A DNA stretch of 64,000 bases from contig NC_042997.1 of NCBI RefSeq assembly GCF_006345805.1, positions 169,694,001 through 169,758,000 of the forward strand, read 5' to 3'. The translations under genes and the position numbers were made by a program. The notes beneath the pieces were generated by a model. The model was not told the DNA's origin and made no database searches. It was given only the letters and a program-made list of their open reading frames with translations. The DNA comes from Octopus sinensis. Taxonomy: Eukaryota. This document shows, piece after piece, positions 36,013-50,178 of this stretch; position 1 is the stretch's first letter; every line of letters begins with the position of its first letter.

Positions 36013-36013
<1 letters not shown>

Positions 36014-36309
36014 GTGGAGGTGCAGTGGCCCAGTGGTTAGGGCAGCGGACTCGCGGTTGTAGGATCGCAGTTTCGATTCACAGACTGGGTGTTGTGAGTG
36101 TTTATTGAGTGAAAACACCTAAAGCTCCACGAGACTCCGGCAAGGGGGGTGGCAATCCCTGCTGTACTCTTTCATCACAACTTTCTCTCACTCTTTCTTC
36201 TGTTGGCCTGCTTGCTTAGTCAGCAGGGTGGCATCATTTGATGGCTAAAACAATGTGAAGTGCATTATGATCAGCGATGTGTAGCCTGGTTGGTCGCAGT
36301 GATCACTGT
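36013..36309 (+). mobile_element. tRNA-derived SINE (family C)
   Basis: A box TGGCCCAGTGG, B box-like GTTTCGATTCAC; homologous to 46928-47218. Confidence 0.85.
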
Positions 36310-36362
36310 GATATATATATATATAATACACACACACATATATACATATGTGCATATTCATA

Positions 36363-38022
36363 TCTATTATATGAATGTCAATGTCTTTATGTGTGTTCGT
36401 GTGTTACTTATACATTCGAAAACTGCTGCACCAATCATAAAGAAATTTGGAGCACAAAATCTAAGCCTAGGGAGAAGAGTAATACTGTGTGTTTCATACA
36501 ATTTCGTGGACCAAAATTACTGAATGGATCCTTATATTTGGAACTTAGATTCAATGCAAAAGGGCGAGTATAATGCAATATGTTTGGTTTGAATTTCAGA
36601 ACCCCAATGAAAATTCATAAATTTTCAATGTTTATGAAATTTCAACCATGGGTAATTGATACACATCAAGAACTATTCTCAAAGTTTCCACTTCTCATGA
36701 GGATTCTAAGACACCCTAATGGGGCCTTAACTCCAAAATTTTAGTCATTTCTTTTATGATCCAAAACTAGGTCAAGAGTACTGAATGGATTTTTATGAAA
36801 TTTGGAAATTATATTCTGTGCCATAACCCCCATGACAATTCATATATTTTTACTGTTGATGAAATTTTAACCATAGATATTAGACACTAGTGAAATAATA
36901 TTTATAAAATTTCATCTTCTTACAAGTTAGAAAGATCCCTTCATGGGGACTTAACACCCACAATTTAGTCATTTTATCTAAGCAAAGACGAATACAGTTG
37001 TACTCTTGGAAGTTGTAGGGTCACCTGAGCATAAAAGATGAGCATTATTTGTAATTCAATGGTACAACAGTGTAAGAGTTTGCTTTGAGATATACTTAGA
37101 TTGTAATTTCTGCAATGTGGTGCATAAATTGTCAAGTAAAGGAGAGGCATATTTAACCCAACTGATTCAGTTGCAAAGTGTTGAGTAAAGTTATTTGGCT
37201 GCAGACCTCCTTTGAGTCTTTTTATTATCAATGGGTCACACATAGTCCCCAGATAGTAACATTCATTTCAAGGCCTTCCCAGATGAGTTACTGGTTATTC
37301 AAAGACATTTATAGATTGTAAATTTATTCTGTCCAGTTAAGTATCAGTATAGTGGTCATTTGCAAACTCCAGAGGTGACATTTTCATTTCTCCTTAGCCC
37401 TCATGTCACACAGTTGTTAATGTTTATTTGAGTTGGGTCACGCCCTTCCAATTGCTATAGATCCGTAATGCATCTTACGGCTGTGCCTATCACCTGTATA
37501 GTGAGGAATCCTACATTGGGAGTGGTAACGACTAGGGTACGGTAGCTGACTGCTTATTGTAATCATTCATCTTTTGGTTTCCTGTAGCTTTGCTCTCTTT
37601 TACAAACTCATTGAACATACATTATTTCCTATATCAAAGAAATTCAAACAATAGATATAAGACCCAATTTTAAAAGATTTTCAACAATTCAACTTCTCTG
37701 GTTGACATTAAGATACCTACCCCGAATAGGGGCCTTAACTTCCTCATTTTAGAGCTCCATAAACTCCATTTTTCAGGAGTAAAATCCTTTTAACAGGTTC
37801 TATAAAACTGTAATTTGGGAATCTGTGCATAAATATCAGTAGTCTGGCATAACTATGTCATGATAACAATTTTTTTAGGATGTGTAAAGAGGGAAATAAC
37901 CCTCATCTGCAATTTTGATGAAATTCAAATCATAGTTATTCCAGTTCATTACAGAAAATATAACAGAAAAGTCTAATTCTTCAATTACATGTAACACGGG
38001 CAACGCCGGGTATATCTGCTAG
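36363..38022 (+). mobile_element. Non-autonomous Helitron-like element
   Basis: 5' TC (TCTATTATAT...), 3' CGGGCAACGCCGGG hairpin followed by CTAG, inserted between A (36362) and T (38023), no TSD. Confidence 0.72.
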
Positions 38023-38595
<573 letters not shown>

Positions 38596-38878
38596 CGTGG
38601 CCGTCTGCCAGCCTCGTCTGGCACCTGTGTCAGTGGCACATAAAAAACACCATCCGAGCGTGGCCGTCTGCCAGCCTCGTCTGGCACCTGTGTCGGTGGC
38701 ACATAAAATCACCCACTACACTCTCGGAGTGGTTGGCGTTAGGAAGGGCATCCAGCTGTAGAAACACTGCCAGATCTGACTGGCCTGGTGCAGCCTTCGG
38801 GCTTGCCAGACCCCAGTTGAACCGTCCAACCCATGCTAGCATGGAAAGCGGACGTTAAACGATGATGATGATGATGAT
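38596..38878 (+). mobile_element. RTE LINE 3' UTR fragment (plus orientation)
   Basis: Reverse complement of the 2290-type 3' end, with two ~60-bp UTR units and a (GAT)n tail. Confidence 0.92.
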
Positions 38879-38914
38879 ATATGATATATATATATATATA
38901 TATATATCATATAT

Positions 38915-40563
38915 CATCATCATCATCATCATCGTTTAGCGTCCGTTTTCCATGCTAGCATGGGTTGGACGGTTCTACTGGGGTCTGTGAAGCCAGAAGG
39001 CTTCATCAGGCCCAGTCAAATCTGGCAGTGTTTCTACGGCTGGATGCCCTTCCTAACGCCAACCACTCCGAGAGTGTAGTGGGTGCTTTTTACGTGCCAC
39101 CGGCACGAGGGCCAGGCGAGGCTGGCAACGGACACAAAACGGGGCGGTGCTGGCAACGGTCGCGAAACGGAAGGTTCTCTTACATGCCACCGGCACTGGT
39201 AACACATCTGCAATTTCCATTGATCGATTTCGATTCTGATCCTCACTTGCCTCAACGGGTCTTCACAAGTAGAGTTTCGACATGCCACCAGCACTGGTAA
39301 CACATCTGCAATTTCCATTGATCGATTTCAATTCTGATCCTCACTTGCCTCAACAGGTCTTCACAAGTAGAGTTTTGTGTCCCAAGAAGGGAAGGTATGC
39401 ATACGTAGGCTGGCTCCATCCCATGTAGAAGGCCACGGGTTATGGACTCACTTGTCCTGCCGGGTCTTCTCGCACACAGCACACTTCCAGAGGACTATGT
39501 CTCTAGTCATTTCCTCAGTGAGACCTAAAGTTCGAAGGTCGTGCTTCACCACCTCGTCCCAGGTTTTCCTGGATCTGCCTCTTCCACAGGTTCCCTCAAC
39601 CGCTAGGGTGTGGCACTTTTTCACACAACTATCTTCATCCATTCTTGCCACATGACCATACCAGCGCAAACGTCTCTCTTGCACACCACAACTGATGCTT
39701 CTTAGGTCCAGCTTTTCTCTCAAGGTACTTACACTCTGCCGAGTATGAGTACTGACATTACACATCCATCGGAGCATACTGGCTTCATTTCTTGCGAGCT
39801 TACGCATATCCTCAGCAGTCACGGCCCATGTTTCACTGCCATGTAGCATGGCTGTTCGTACACACGCATCATACAGTCTGCCTTTCACTCTGTGCGAGAG
39901 GCCTTTTGTCACCAGCAGAGGTAAGAGCTCTCTGAACTTTGCCCAAGCTATTCTTACTCTAGCAGTTACACTTTCAGCACACCCGCCCCCACTGCTGACT
40001 TGGTCACCTAGGTAATGGAAACTATCAACTATTTCTAGTTTTTCTCCCTGGAAAGTGACGGAAGTTGGTCTCATAGTGTTTATTGTTCCTGAGCATCTGC
40101 CACATACAAAAACCATCTTCCTAGTTAGCCTTCCTTTGATATTGCTGCACCTCTTATGTGTCCATAGCTTACACTTGGTGCATCTTATAGAGTTTCTACC
40201 TACTCCTTTTCTACAGATCAAGCAGGGCCATCTACCTGAAGGCGTTTGTGATTTGTCTACCTTCCTACTGATTACGACTTTGGTTTTAGCTAGATTGACT
40301 TTGAGGCCCTTCGATTCTAATCCTTGTTTCCACACCTGAAACTTCTCCTCCAGTTCTGATAGCGACTCAGCAATTAGAGCAAGGTCATCAGCATAGAGGA
40401 GCTCCCAAGGGCATCCTGTCTTGAATTCCTCCGTTATTGCCTGGAGGACTATGATAAATAGGAGGGGGCTGAGTACTGAGCCTTGGTGGACCCCTACCTC
40501 TACCCGGAATTCTTCACTGTACTCGTTTCCAACCCTCACCCTACTAGCAGCGTCCCTATACAT
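38915..40563 (-). mobile_element. RTE-clade LINE, 5'-truncated, with a 98-bp internal duplication
   Basis: Nearly identical to 15933-17590; ORF 39448-40566 carries QGSVLSP, YADD and the PHD-like finger. Confidence 0.95.
39448..40563 (-). pseudogene. RTE ORF2 RT C-terminal half (open, but 5'-truncated)
   Basis: 372-aa ORF highly similar to the 16465-17784 product. Confidence 0.92.
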
Positions 40564-40575
40564 CATATATCATAT

Positions 40576-40614
<39 letters not shown>

Positions 40615-40688
40615 GCCTTAAATGGTCCCTTTGCATACTGAATACTTGGTGAAATTGATTAATTAATTAATTTTACCCTCAATTGTTG

Positions 40689-40733
<45 letters not shown>

Positions 40734-41063
40734 TATATCATATATCATTTATATATATCATATATCATTTATATATATATCATATATCATTTATATATAT
40801 ATATATATATCATATATCATTTATATATATATATATATCATATCATTTATATATATATATATCATATATCATTTATATATATATATATATCATATATCAT
40901 TTATATATATATATATCATATATCATATATCATTTATATATATATATATATCATATCATATATCATTTATATATATATATATCATATATCATTTATATAT
41001 ATATATATATCATATATCATTTATATATATATATATCATATATATATATATATATATATATAT
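40564..41063. repeat. (TA)n array with TCATATATCATT interruptions
   Basis: Direct inspection; a short unique island lies at about 40611-40690. Confidence 0.9.
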
Positions 41064-41350
41064 GTAAATGGATGAATGAATTATCCTTTATTTACCGTTA
41101 ACATGGAAAATTCAATAAACAGTTACCAGGGTAGCAAAATTCACGCAAGTAACACGGATGAAGCAACCTATCCAAAGGTAAAAACTCCGGGTTAATGTGC
41201 AGTAATTTGTGTAGTATAAGTAAATAAATGGAGTTGAACGAAGATGTTATTAAAATTCTTTTACTTTCGACATATGTTTCGAAGACAACATTGGTTTTAT
41301 TCCAAAGGAATAAATGCTGCAAAATGCAATCTTCTCTAAGAATCACCTTG
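41064..41350 (-). mobile_element. PLE pseudo-LTR-like remnant with decayed hammerhead
   Basis: Abuts (TA)n; minus strand has GAAAC-ATAT-GTC and a helix II; shares motifs with 10340-10615. Confidence 0.55.
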
Positions 41351-42295
41351 TTATGAGCGATCTTACAAATTTAAACACTGGCAGAAACATACCTTTAGCT
41401 CATATAAGTGATTTTGCCAGTCTTTATAGTTTGAACAGTTAGTTTAACTTGCACTTTACTTCAATAGAGAAATCTACTTCTAAGCCTTTGAACATTTTTT
41501 CAACCAACGTATCCCTCTTTATGTGTTCTCTACTTATTATTTCTTTAACCCTTCTCTTTCTAATATCTGCCTTTGACGTCGAATCTACTAACGGGTTTTT
41601 TTTAAATACTTAATAACGTTCTGTTTATCATTTAGGCAGTCATCGTAATTGTTATAATGTCTTGTTGAGATATATATCATTGTTTAACATCCATTTTCCA
41701 TACTGGCATGGGTTAGATAGTTTGTCTAGAGACTGGCAAGCCAGGAGGCTGCACTGGCATCGGCCACATTCAGATGGTGCTTTTTATGTGCTACTGGAAT
41801 TTTCTTTGCAGCCATGTAGTTTTGGATTCAGTTCAAGTATAGCATTGGCTGACCAAATCTTGTGAATGGATTTAATAGACAAAAACTAAAAGAAGTTCAT
41901 CTTTCGGGGGTGGAGAGACAGGCAGAGAGAGAGAGAATATGTGTGTATATGTATGAGCTTGTGTCTCCTTGTCTTGACATCATGTGCTAGTTGTAAATAA
42001 ATGTTATTGCAATCTTCCATGAAAACATGTTCAGTCATTATGTTATTCATTTTCTAAATACTGGGGGGAAATATTACAGGTAAGGGTAGGTGATAAGAAG
42101 AGCATCTGGCCATTGAAATCTTCCTCAATGAATTTGGTCTGATCCATGCATGGCAAAGCACATGTTAAAAAGATGATGATAGACACATGCATGTACATGT
42201 GTAGGTGTGCATGTGTATATGTTTAATCCATAACCAGGAGTCCAATAAAATAAATTGCTTCACCATTACTACATATATACATACGTATACATAAA

Positions 42296-42770
42296 TATGT
42301 AATGCTGTCTGTCTGTCTGTGTGTTTGGGGTTACTCTAACTCCTCCCACACTGTCCAACTGATTTTAATGACTTTTGGCACATAAGTAGATCACATGCCC
42401 AGAAGTTCAAATAAGGCCAGAATTTTTCAATAACTCAATAATGCTCAGTTGGCATCAATTTTTGTGAGCTCAATCAGGCATTTGAATGGAAATTCCCATA
42501 ATGATATTATTTTTCCTGCAGCTTTTGCATTTTTTGTCCAATTTTGATGAAAATTGATGAGTGAGTGAGGCTCATGGTATCAGTATATGGTGTTGATAAA
42601 AAATCGATATTTGCACCTGAGCAGTCGTTTTATAAAATCAATAGGCTTTTTGAGTGCAAATACCCATAGAGATTTTATTTTTGGCCATAACTTTTATATT
42701 TTCATGTACATGGTCACGTGGATTCTATTTTATGATATAATCTTAACACTTTTCTTCAGATTTTGCTGAG
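42296..42770 (+). mobile_element. Possible Helitron-like remnant (GTCT-microsatellite head)
   Basis: GCTGTCTGTCTGTCTGTGTG...CTGATTTTAATGACTTTTGGCACA resembles the 5' part of the 61849-62544 element; no 3' end found. Confidence 0.35.
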
Positions 42771-45700
42771 ATTGCACACACTGATCAGTTTTGTACAGAG
42801 GATGGCATTAAGGGGAGAGAAATAAACAAACATCACCAACGGGTCGAGGTACACCCAAAAGTCTGACTGTGATGTCAGACGGTCCAGTCTGTAGGTGTAT
42901 GTCGAAAGCATTAACCGGGTAAAATCCCTGCCTAACCAGACATAACATCTTAATGGGTATTAGTTGGCACAGAGAACGTTGAAGATTTCAATACAAAGTC
43001 AGAGGTGGGCTTAACTTCAATATAGAAAACATGAGCAACACCAGGTCCAACAGCTAGTACATATATCCATACATACACACACATAGACAGACAGATTAAA
43101 TATGTAATCTTTCCCACTTTTGATTTATCCATTGGGTTGGAGAGGACTTAAGAGTTTGTTGTCAGAGTCTTGCAATTTTCTCTCTAGCATTATGAGATAT
43201 TTTGTTAGTTTCTTTACTCAAACATTTTTGGATTGGTTCATTTTATTCCTTGTTATACAAATTGTTTAAAATACCCTTCAAACTATCAGCCTGCAAAGCT
43301 TAGGTTATTCCTAAAGGTATTAATGTATTTCTATTGTGCCATTTGTGTTTATTATACCAGTTGTAGTTGATGGAGTAATTTGATTACTGCTAAACACTTC
43401 AAAACATAATAGTTTGGAGTCATTTTATATAACCTGCTCTAGATCCGGCTAAGTGTTGCTGTTCCATGCTAACACTTATCAGTTGTTCAGTCTCTCTGCT
43501 ACTTACAGAAGAGAATTTTTATATCTCTTCCTGGATGTCTGAAAAACTGAAAATTTCTAGAGACACCACATAGTACTGGTGATGTGATACAGTTTGCTTA
43601 CCCTTTGATGATGATATTTTGCAGCTTTTGGTTTACTGAATGGTGGTTTTCTAAGATCATCGACTTTTACTGGTATGAATTTGTAGTAGTAATATATTAC
43701 ATACAAGTAACATTTGTTTCTTGCATTGAATGCTTATAAGTCAACAACTTTTATGAAGTTGTATTTCAAATCAACAGCCCTTTTGAAACCAACTTGTTCC
43801 CCTAAAGCAACCTCTAATAATTCTATGACAAAGACTTCTCATTTTAAAATGATCATATTTAAACTAAAACTTTTATATCATAATTATATTTTGTTATTTT
43901 CCAAACACTAGCTTAGTAATGAATAAGTTATTTTATAATTCTTTTCAAATTTTTAATTATTTTCATAGTTAATTCAAACATGAGGCTGTGTATTTTCCTC
44001 AAAATCTATTCATGAAGGATTTAATAAAATAGCATACCCGGGCTTAATCAATTCATCTACTATGTAAATTTTCACACTCAGCACACTTAAACTTTTACAA
44101 AACTAAAATAAGCTATTTGCATTCATACTTGTATTAATATTCATTTATCATGAAAATATATTATATATTGCATTGACTGCTGTAAACAAAGATTCTTTGT
44201 TTTCTTTCTGATAAGACAGAAGTCATACTAAATACGTATTAGTAACAAAACTTAAATTTAAATGCAACATTATACTATGGAAATAATTTAAGAACTTTCC
44301 AAAATTAATTTATAAATGTCTGACTTATTTAATTTTTACATTTACAACTCTTTCCATTTGCTTAGAATTGAATATTTTAAACTATTCATTTGCACATTTA
44401 CTTCAACAACAAACAAGTTTGGGGGAAGACATGATGGACTTGCTCAGAAAGACGAAAATTATTTTCTTCATACTTTTATGAAGAATGACTTGCAAATTCA
44501 GTCAGTTTGAAAAAGCTGTATTCAACTAACAATAAGCATTATAACCAGTCATTTAATCTCTATAAGTCATAATATTTAATTAAAGAAATTAATCACTTAC
44601 AAATTTAGAATGATGAACAGATGAACATTTTCAGACTAAAAGTGTTTTTTCTTTTTTTTTGTTCTTTCACAAAATACTGGATTTCGTTTTGCACATAGAT
44701 TACACAGCATCTCAAATGTTAGTGAAATATGTTCAGGACCAGCTCAGCTCAACTGGTAAATTATTTCTAGTTCTTCTGTAGATAGATATGCAAAAAAAGC
44801 ACACTACCAAGAATTTTGTTATAATTACAAAACTACAATAGACACTGCCCTCATAAGATAAAAGTACACTTATGTTTTTAACAAAGAAACAAGGCCTCAG
44901 ATTTGTAAAGGGAATTTATATCAAGCCAGTAAGAAAACCTTTACATGGTTGCTCAGTCTGCTAGAAATAACAGCTTAAATTTCCAATAAACTACATCCAA
45001 GTCTTAAAGAAAAAGAAAATAGATAATGTAATTCTGAAAGAAAGATGGAATTGTCACATCAGAGATGGCTTTGATTAGAGACCCAAATCAACTGTGGTCC
45101 AGCAGGATTGGTGTTGAACTACAACCAGATGCATTCCAGATGTGACTATCTATTGTTAACAATGTTAACAACTTATTTCTTAAGTAACTAGAAGGAATTC
45201 ATGTTGTAGAAATTATGTTTCTTGGTTAAAATTCATTCAGAGTATGCATAAACCATCTTACTAAGAGAGATTTCAGGTCTTCCCTCACCAAATCTTAAAA
45301 TATTTTACCATCATGCAAATTGCAAATTATTTTATAAATCATTTTACTACTTTATCCAGAAAATGGTAAAATACTTTACCATTTGCTTGATAAAATGGCC
45401 ATGCTGTTAACAACCCTAATGAAGGCCTTGCTCATAAAAAGAAAGAAAAACTCTTTGTGCTCATCCTTTAACATAGATAAAATTTAAATGAATTTAATCA
45501 TAATTAACTTACCAAATTTCTGTGTCAAATTTCTGTGTCTTAATATGCATTACTATGAAAAGTTTTAGAGTATCTTTTAATTTAGCAATCATAACCATTA
45601 TGTAACTGAAGCTTAAGAAATTTTGTAAAGATATGTTCTGGGTGTAATATTTTGTGGCAGTAGCACTAGAGAATTGTCACATCTTCAACAAGACTATCCG

Positions 45701-45889
45701 GTCCTCTCAATCCTACACTTAAGAGTGTACTGGGTGTATTTTATGTGGCACCAGCACAAGAAATTATAGAGAAAAGAGAATGATTGCTAGCAGGAGGTTC
45801 CTGTGCACCTACTGCATATAAAGTCTATATTCTCTGTTGGGCTGTGATTACCCCATTACACCTCTTATTTGTCCATATATGCACACCAT

Positions 45890-46620
45890 ATAGAATTTCT
45901 ACCTTTTTGTTTTCACACTGAACATGGCCATTAGTAGTGTCAGGGACCTGTCTCCACTTTAACTTATTAATACATTGGTATTAGTGTCTTTGCTAAGTTT
46001 ACTCTCAGAGACCTCTTAATTCCAAGTTTTTGTTTCCATGCTTGGAATTCCTTTTCTAATTCTGCTGCTGAATGGCTATAAGAACTAAGTTATCTTCATG
46101 GAGAAGTTCCTACAGCCAGCTGGTCTTAAATCCTTCTGTTAAGAGCACTATAATACATAGAGCTGAGTTAAGGACTGGTACCCCACCTTGTTAAATTTAT
46201 CACTGTACTCTTTACTAACTCCCATTTTGCTTTTACAGTTCTCTTAAGCCATTCATATTCCTCTGTGACCACTAAATCACAGAGCATGAAAACTTGTGAA
46301 AGACCTTCTTTAGATCAACTAAAAGCAGGTAAAGGGGCTTATGCCAGGCTAGATACTTCTTCTGCAGCTGTTTCACTAAGAAATGGTACCACTGGTATTT
46401 CTTTCAAACACAAAACCAAACTACATTGTTTCTACGTTAATTCTCATCTAAATCATTGTGTTATAACTCTTTTTGGTAGCTTTTATGTCCTGATCCAACA
46501 GTTAAATACTTTAATACTTACTTCTATGTAGTGTATTTCCTTTGCCTTTGTAGTAGTTAATGATGCTGCTATGCCTGTTAGTGGATTACCTGATTTAGTA
46601 TGTGGGTATCTAGTCTTTGT
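45890..46620 (-). pseudogene. Ancient RTE RT remnant
   Basis: FKTSWL*ELLHEDNLVLIA aligns with FKTGCPWELLYADDLALIA of the young copies; heavily decayed. Confidence 0.65.
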
Positions 46621-46854
46621 CCTACTTCACTAGACATTTTTAATATTATGTTCACACACATGCTTATGTTTTTAATTGCAATCAAGAAAGTGTTCTCCGG
46701 ACGCAATAGTTTACTTATTTGAATGAAGTCACTGTTTTACTCTCTACATATGTGGAGTTTTTCATGGTATACTTGTTCAGGTTGTATAAGGTTTAAATAA
46801 ACGCATCTTGTGAATTCCAGGCAACTTGAGAATGAAGCTTTGAGTTTGTACAGG

Positions 46855-46926
<72 letters not shown>

Positions 46927-46927
46927 G

Positions 46928-47214
46928 TCACCGTCACCGACCAGGCTATCAGATGCTGCTACACATCGCTGGTCACAATGTGCTTCACATTGTTTTAGCC
47001 TTTAAATGACGCCACCCCACTGGCTAAGCGAGCAGGCCAACAGAAGAAAGAGGTGAGAGAAAGTACAGCAGGGATCCCCACCATCCCCTGCTGGAGCCTC
47101 GTGGAGCTTGAGGTGTTTTCGCTCAATAAACACTCACAACGCCCGGTCAGGGAATCGAAACCGCGATCCTACGACCACGAGTCCGCTGCCCTAACCACTG
47201 GGCCATTGCGCCTC

Positions 47215-47218
<4 letters not shown>
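46928..47218 (-). mobile_element. tRNA-derived SINE family C, well preserved, between (TA)n tracts
   Basis: Minus strand GGAGGCGCAATGGCCCAGTGGTTAGGGCAGCGGACTCGTGGTCGTAGGATCGCGGTTTCGATTCCC has A and B boxes; CpGs retained. Confidence 0.9.
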
Positions 47219-47301
<83 letters not shown>

Positions 47302-48004
47302 GTATTTGCATGTGTGGTTGTGTGCACACACGTGTGCATGTAGGAATATGTTTATGTAACGTTTTGAATGTGTTGAAGTTAAATGATATCCCTAGTGTTT
47401 GGGAATTTACAATATATCTTTGTTAAAATGCTTCTAGGCTGAAGAAAAAATGCCATACAGTATCTATTTGAGTTTAATTTGAAATAAAGAATTGAACTCC
47501 TAAAATAATTACTATAGTTCTTGTAACTCTATCACTAAGAGAAATATATAAATTGTAAGAAAAATATCCAAATCATAAACGTTTATTTAGTTGATCTAAA
47601 AGTAACATTAGAGTTCATAAGAATGGCATTAAGAAAAACTGTTTTTACAGATTCATTACCCCTTTAACGTTTTCTGGATGCAGAACCCCCTTAAGCTTAA
47701 AACTCACCTTGGAGCAATTGGTCCAATTATCAGTGAATGTTTTAATAATTTTATTATCAGATGTCAAAAATATACCTTAAATACAAGCTGTCAAGTTTGG
47801 TAAATTTCAAATGCCATCTGCCTGTCACTTGAGAGTTTATTTAGGTGTCTGATTCTGTCAATAGATCGGTGAGGAAAAACATAACTTCATGGAATGGATG
47901 ACTGTCTTAGGACAAAAATGTTATAATTACATCAAAACAATGTAAAACTCTCAAAATGCCGCTGTGATTGATAATATTATAAATATTACACACCTCTAGG
48001 TATA

Positions 48005-48170
48005 ACTGTATGGTTAAGTAATTCACTAAGAAGCTGTATGGTTCCAGGTTTGATCTCACTGTACAGTACCCTACACATGTCTTCTGTTGCAGTCTCAGAT
48101 TGACCAATAGCTTGTTGATAGAATTTGGTAGACAAAAATGGTGAAGAAGGCTATTGAATGTGTATGTGTG
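48005..48170 (+). mobile_element. SINE family A head, degenerate
   Basis: ACTGTATGGTTAAG...GGTTCCAGGTTTGATCTCACTG...TTTGGTAGACAAAAA. Confidence 0.55.
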
Positions 48171-48461
48171 TGTGTAAGAGCCAAGGATCAAAGTGTAGGA
48201 ATTTTGTAAGCTTTGGGCCGTCCATAATAGGTGTAAAATGTTCAGGAACAACAATAATAATTTGTTTGCGAGGGTTGTGGCTTTTCCCATATTTTTTTAC
48301 AGATCATGGTTAGCAACTTCAGTTGGTGTGAATGTGAAAAAAATCCAAATTGAGGGAGTGGAGCAGGTAGAATACCGGCTACATGTTTCCTGGCTAGTAG
48401 ATCTTCTGATGTAATAATTACTCAATGAGGAGTACTCTGCTAGCTACTCATTGGGCCAAAG

Positions 48462-48522
<61 letters not shown>

Positions 48523-48663
48523 GAGGGATGTCCACGTAGTAGTCATCCCTCTTATATGTATGTAATAAATTTTTCTGAATCTTCAGATTTTAATATGCTA
48601 GACCACTGGTTTTAAATTGATATTAATCAAATTAATATTCAGTTTTCACCATTATTATTTTAA

Positions 48664-48730
<67 letters not shown>

Positions 48731-48754
48731 GCATAAATACATATGCATACATTA

Positions 48755-49377
48755 TGTGACTGCGTAGTAAGAAGCTTGCTTCTCAACCACATGGTTCCGG
48801 GTTCAGTTCCACTGCATGCCCCCTTGGACAAGTGTCTTCTATTATAGCTTCAGGCCAACCAAAGCCTTGTGAGTGCATTTGGTAGACAGAAACTGAAAGG
48901 AGCCAATCATATATTTACAAAATTTCTCCTCTTCTATACAAAACAAAAAAACGTCCTCTTTCCAATTTATATAAAAGGCGGCAAAAATTTACTGAGCATT
49001 ACCTTGAAGAGTTTGATTGAATGAAAGTGCTAGTAAAGAACTATCCAAAATTCTGACTGCCTCCTTTTTAATATATGACATCTGTACACCACTTCCAACA
49101 CTTGATAAATATACACACACACACACACACACACACATATATGTGTGTAGGTGGTTCTTTGTGTCTGTTTGCCCCCATCCCCCTCCGCTACTGCTTGACA
49201 ACCAGTGTTGGTGTGTTTACCTCTCTGTAATCTAGCATTTCAGCAAAAGAGACTGATAGAATAAGTACTAGGCTTTAAAAAAAAAAAGGTCCCTGGGGTC
49301 GATTTGTCCAACTAAAACCCTTCAAGGCAGTGTTCCAGCATGGCCATGCTCAACCGACTGAAACAAGTAAAAGAATA
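48755..49377 (+). mobile_element. SINE family A with ~200 bp of unrelated sequence in its central microsatellite
   Basis: Head 48755-48910, tail 49140-49377. Confidence 0.75.
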
Positions 49378-49789
49378 CATAATTTTTGCTATGCATTTGA
49401 GTAACTTATTTTATAACATAGACTTTAATTAAAAGTAAAGCATGAACTAAATGAATATATATATGTATATAATATATATATAACAAATTAGTTTCTCTAT
49501 TCAGATAGAACAATGGGAGTGGGTATATACACAGGAGTTTTATTAACATATTGATTTTTCTTTTGTTTTTGTTGTCAACAAGGAAGGTGAAAAAGAAACT
49601 GAAATAGATAGAAATTTTGCTAAAAATTATATTTTTACATAAAATATTCATTTCATTTTCTAAAATTGTTGTGTTTGGTGTCATATGTTTTAAGTAAATA
49701 TAATTTAGACTAAACAATGTGAAAGACAAAAAAAATGAATGAAGCAATGCCCAGTAAGCATGAAATTAAATTTCCACTAATTATCTTTT

Positions 49790-50178
49790 ACTTGTGTGAG
49801 TCATTGGACTGCAGCCATTCTGGAGAACCACCTTAAAAGATTTTAGTCGAGTAAATCAACCCCAGGGATATTCTGTTATTCTCTTAAGCTAAACTGCTGA
49901 GTTATAGGGACATAAATAAACCAACACTGACTGTTAAGTGATGGTGAGGGACCAACACAAAATCATATCTAGATACATACACGCATGTGCACACATATGC
50001 AACAGGCCTCTTTCAGTTTCTGTCTACCAAATCCACTCTCAAGACTGTTTGGCCACACTGCTACTGGGGCTATAATAGAACACACTTGTCCAAGATGCCA
50101 CACAGCAGGACTGAACCTGGGACCATGTGGTTGGGAAGCAAACTTCTTGCCATGCTTCTGCCTACAGCCATGCCTGCA
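49790..50178 (-). mobile_element. SINE family A
   Basis: Reverse-complement tail and head. Confidence 0.8.

Noticed and set aside
36974-37243. Possible captured gene or helicase fragment inside the Helitron
   Set aside because: I found no recognisable Rep or Pif1 motifs in the frames I checked.
46928-47218. tRNA gene
   Set aside because: A/B boxes continue into a SINE body shared with 36013-36309; no complete cloverleaf 3' acceptor strand is evident.
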